Of a DNA stretch of 64,000 nt, positions 62,232 to 64,000 are shown piece after piece. The first letter of the stretch is position 1, and the number at the start of each line of letters is the position of its first letter. Source of the stretch: a virus; the IMG/VR virus record IMGVR_UViG_3300045120_000483, positions 40,882 to 104,881 of that record. One strand, written 5' to 3'. The notes beneath the pieces were generated by a model, which did not search any database, was not told where the DNA came from, and saw nothing but the letters and a program-made list of their open reading frames with translations. Position numbers and translations under genes: made by a program.

Positions 62232-63272
62232 ATGAAGCAGTACATCGGTTTGGTCCGTGACAAGAGTATCTCTATGCGCGGACATGCTAAGAAGGCCTTG
62301 GAAGACTACAATTCCAACATCGATATCATTAAGCGAAACGCCGCAACATTTGATATTGATACCATAGTCTCTGTGGTTGATTGTGGGGGCCCGGGAGTCA
62401 AGGATGCCGTCATTAACTCAAGCGTCAATAGCCTGAAGGTATTGACAACATATGATACTCCGGGAGGTTCTACTCCACTCTATGATTCTATCGGGCGGGT
62501 TATTGATATTCTTAAATCTGTTCCCGATAAAGATGACAAAAATGTTTCTTTTCTGGTCATGGTCATTACAGATGGGGAAGAAAATGCTTCCATAAAGTGG
62601 AATAATTATAGCTTAGGGGGGGCCATCCAGGGTCTTCAGAACTCTGATCGTTGGACTTTTACGTTCAGAGTACCTAGGGGTTATGGCCAAAACATTGTTA
62701 ATAATTTGAATATTCCGATTGGTAATGTGGTTGAATGGGAACAGACGGAAAAGGGTTGGAGAGAAGCAACGACCGTTAATCAAGACTCTGTTGCAGCTTA
62801 TTATCATACCCGTTCTACCGGACAAACCGCCACCCGAAACTTCTTTACCAATATCGATACCGGTAAGATGAAGACGGATATCAAGAAGCTCCAGGATTTT
62901 TCGGACGAAATCAAGAGCTATACGGTAACAATCCGGGATGCCATTAAAAAGTCTGCAAAGGGGGTGGCTTGTATTGATATCCTTCCCTTTGTGGAGAAGA
63001 AGACTAAGAAGCCTTACGTTCAAGGAACGGCCTTTTATCAACTCCTGAAGAAGGAAGAGGTCCAGGTCGGAAAGCGGATTTTGATCCGAAATAAGAATGG
63101 TAAGGTTTTTGGAGGTACTCAGGCCAGAGACGTACTGGGTCTTCCCAAGAAGGAAAGTATCAAGCTGTTTCCCGGTTATCATGGGGATTATGATATATTT
63201 GTTCAGTCAACGTCTGTGAACAGATTACTTCCGGTCGGGACAGAATTGTTGTATTGGCCGACATCTGTCTAA
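62232..63272 (+). CDS. vWA (MIDAS) domain protein
   Basis: DKSISM, GSTPLYDSIG, VITDGEENAS; C-terminal FVQSTSVNR. Confidence 0.85.
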   Translation: MKQYIGLVRDKSISMRGHAKKALEDYNSNIDIIKRNAATFDIDTIVSVVDCGGPGVKDAVINSSVNSLKVLTTYDTPGGSTPLYDSIGRVIDILKSVPDKDDKNVSFLVMVITDGEENASIKWNNYSLGGAIQGLQNSDRWTFTFRVPRGYGQNIVNNLNIPIGNVVEWEQTEKGWREATTVNQDSVAAYYHTRSTGQTATRNFFTNIDTGKMKTDIKKLQDFSDEIKSYTVTIRDAIKKSAKGVACIDILPFVEKKTKKPYVQGTAFYQLLKKEEVQVGKRILIRNKNGKVFGGTQARDVLGLPKKESIKLFPGYHGDYDIFVQSTSVNRLLPVGTELLYWPTSV

Positions 63273-63285
63273 AGCGAAATGATCG

Positions 63286-63360
63286 GGAGAGTACCAACAG
63301 GGCCATCGGACGATCAGAAGGGTTAGGACTGTCCGATGGAGTCTCCTAAGCCTAACCTTC
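63286..63360 (+). ncRNA. candidate pseudoknotted cis-element
   Basis: CCATCGGAC/GTCCGATGG stem; loop GAAGGGTTAGG pairs with CCTAACCTTC. Confidence 0.45.
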
Positions 63361-63467
63361 AACTCAAGAAGAAATGACCGGAATATTGGTTTAAGGTCTA
63401 TGGCTCAAAACCGACCATTCAACTTCCAAGTTTTGAGATTTTAAACAAATCAACAGGAGAAGAAATT

Positions 63468-63875
63468 ATGAAGAGATCATGGGCAAGAAAATGGGCATCG
63501 TATTTGGAAAAGCCCTATGTACGTCAGGCTCAAGAGTGTCTGATGAGTGGAAAAGACACACGTTGTTGTCTGGGTCATGCGGAGGTCGTGGCCGGGAAGA
63601 AGTTCTACCGTTCCAAGAACGTTTTTAACGGCAAAGCATCATATGTAGTTAGGGATGAGGATCGGGACATAGAAAAGGAAGACCTTTTGACAGATGATAC
63701 CAAGCATTTGTTTGAAATGGCAACCAATAATGGTCAGTTTGAAGGATATGTTAGGGTAGAAGGATTTACCCCTGATGATGAACGGGGATATGGTAGTCTT
63801 GCAGAAATGAACGACGCGGGCGTCCCTCTCAAAACTATCGCCAAGATCATCCGAAAGAAGTACAAGGAACTCTAG
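63468..63875 (+). CDS. hypothetical protein, CCLG/MND paralog family
   Basis: KW..YL....RQ....CCLG..EMND.G..L..IAKII. Confidence 0.7.
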   Translation: MKRSWARKWASYLEKPYVRQAQECLMSGKDTRCCLGHAEVVAGKKFYRSKNVFNGKASYVVRDEDRDIEKEDLLTDDTKHLFEMATNNGQFEGYVRVEGFTPDDERGYGSLAEMNDAGVPLKTIAKIIRKKYKEL

Positions 63876-64000
63876 GCTTGAATGGAGTCGGATAGGCTAG
63901 AAGAATATAAGTGCTTGATCCGATATGGATAAAGGAGGGGAGGGCCTTTATCCGTTCAGTTTGCCATAGGCGTGAATTCCAAGAATAGCTCCAAACGCAA

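Noticed and set aside
62232-63272. Ro60/Rsr partner for the permuted RNAs
   Set aside because: vWA domain is N-terminal and there is no TROVE HEAT-repeat region

Overview
A 64-kb segment of a large T4-like (Tevenvirinae-type core) myophage. The host is very probably an alphaproteobacterium, judging from the two-piece permuted tmRNA with a DNDNSFGELALAA tag and a tRNA-His lacking G-1 with A73. The left half (mostly - strand) carries late/virion genes and the T4-type replication-recombination block: gp41, UvsX, gp43, RegA, gp62/44/45, gp46/47, gp55, UvsW, UvsY and gp3. Accessory genes are interspersed: a macrodomain, peptide deformylase, a truncated GGQ release factor, an ATP-grasp protein, spanins and homing endonucleases. 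The right half (mostly + strand) holds an RNA-rich island at about 37.8-58.4 kb with about 37 tRNA or near-tRNA genes covering all 20 amino acids, tmRNA, a (p)ppGpp-hydrolase-like HD protein and a solute:sodium symporter. It is followed by gp33, dCMP deaminase, gp59, gp32 and a vWA protein. The most unusual content is a set of non-canonical tRNA-like RNAs among the real tRNAs: three circularly permuted elements opened at the anticodon, several NCCA-ended mini-RNAs, elements with extended anticodon arms, a Lys(UUU) element locked in a 22-bp acceptor helix, and D-armless Arg tRNAs. There are also several unannotated structured RNAs, one of which displays the 16S anti-Shine-Dalgarno sequence in a loop. 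Putative capsid-packaged enzymes include SAM-lyase-like, HhH-glycosylase-like and ligase-like/nucleotidyltransferase proteins. All RNA structures were paired by eye and all protein family calls come from motif recognition; no searches were run.
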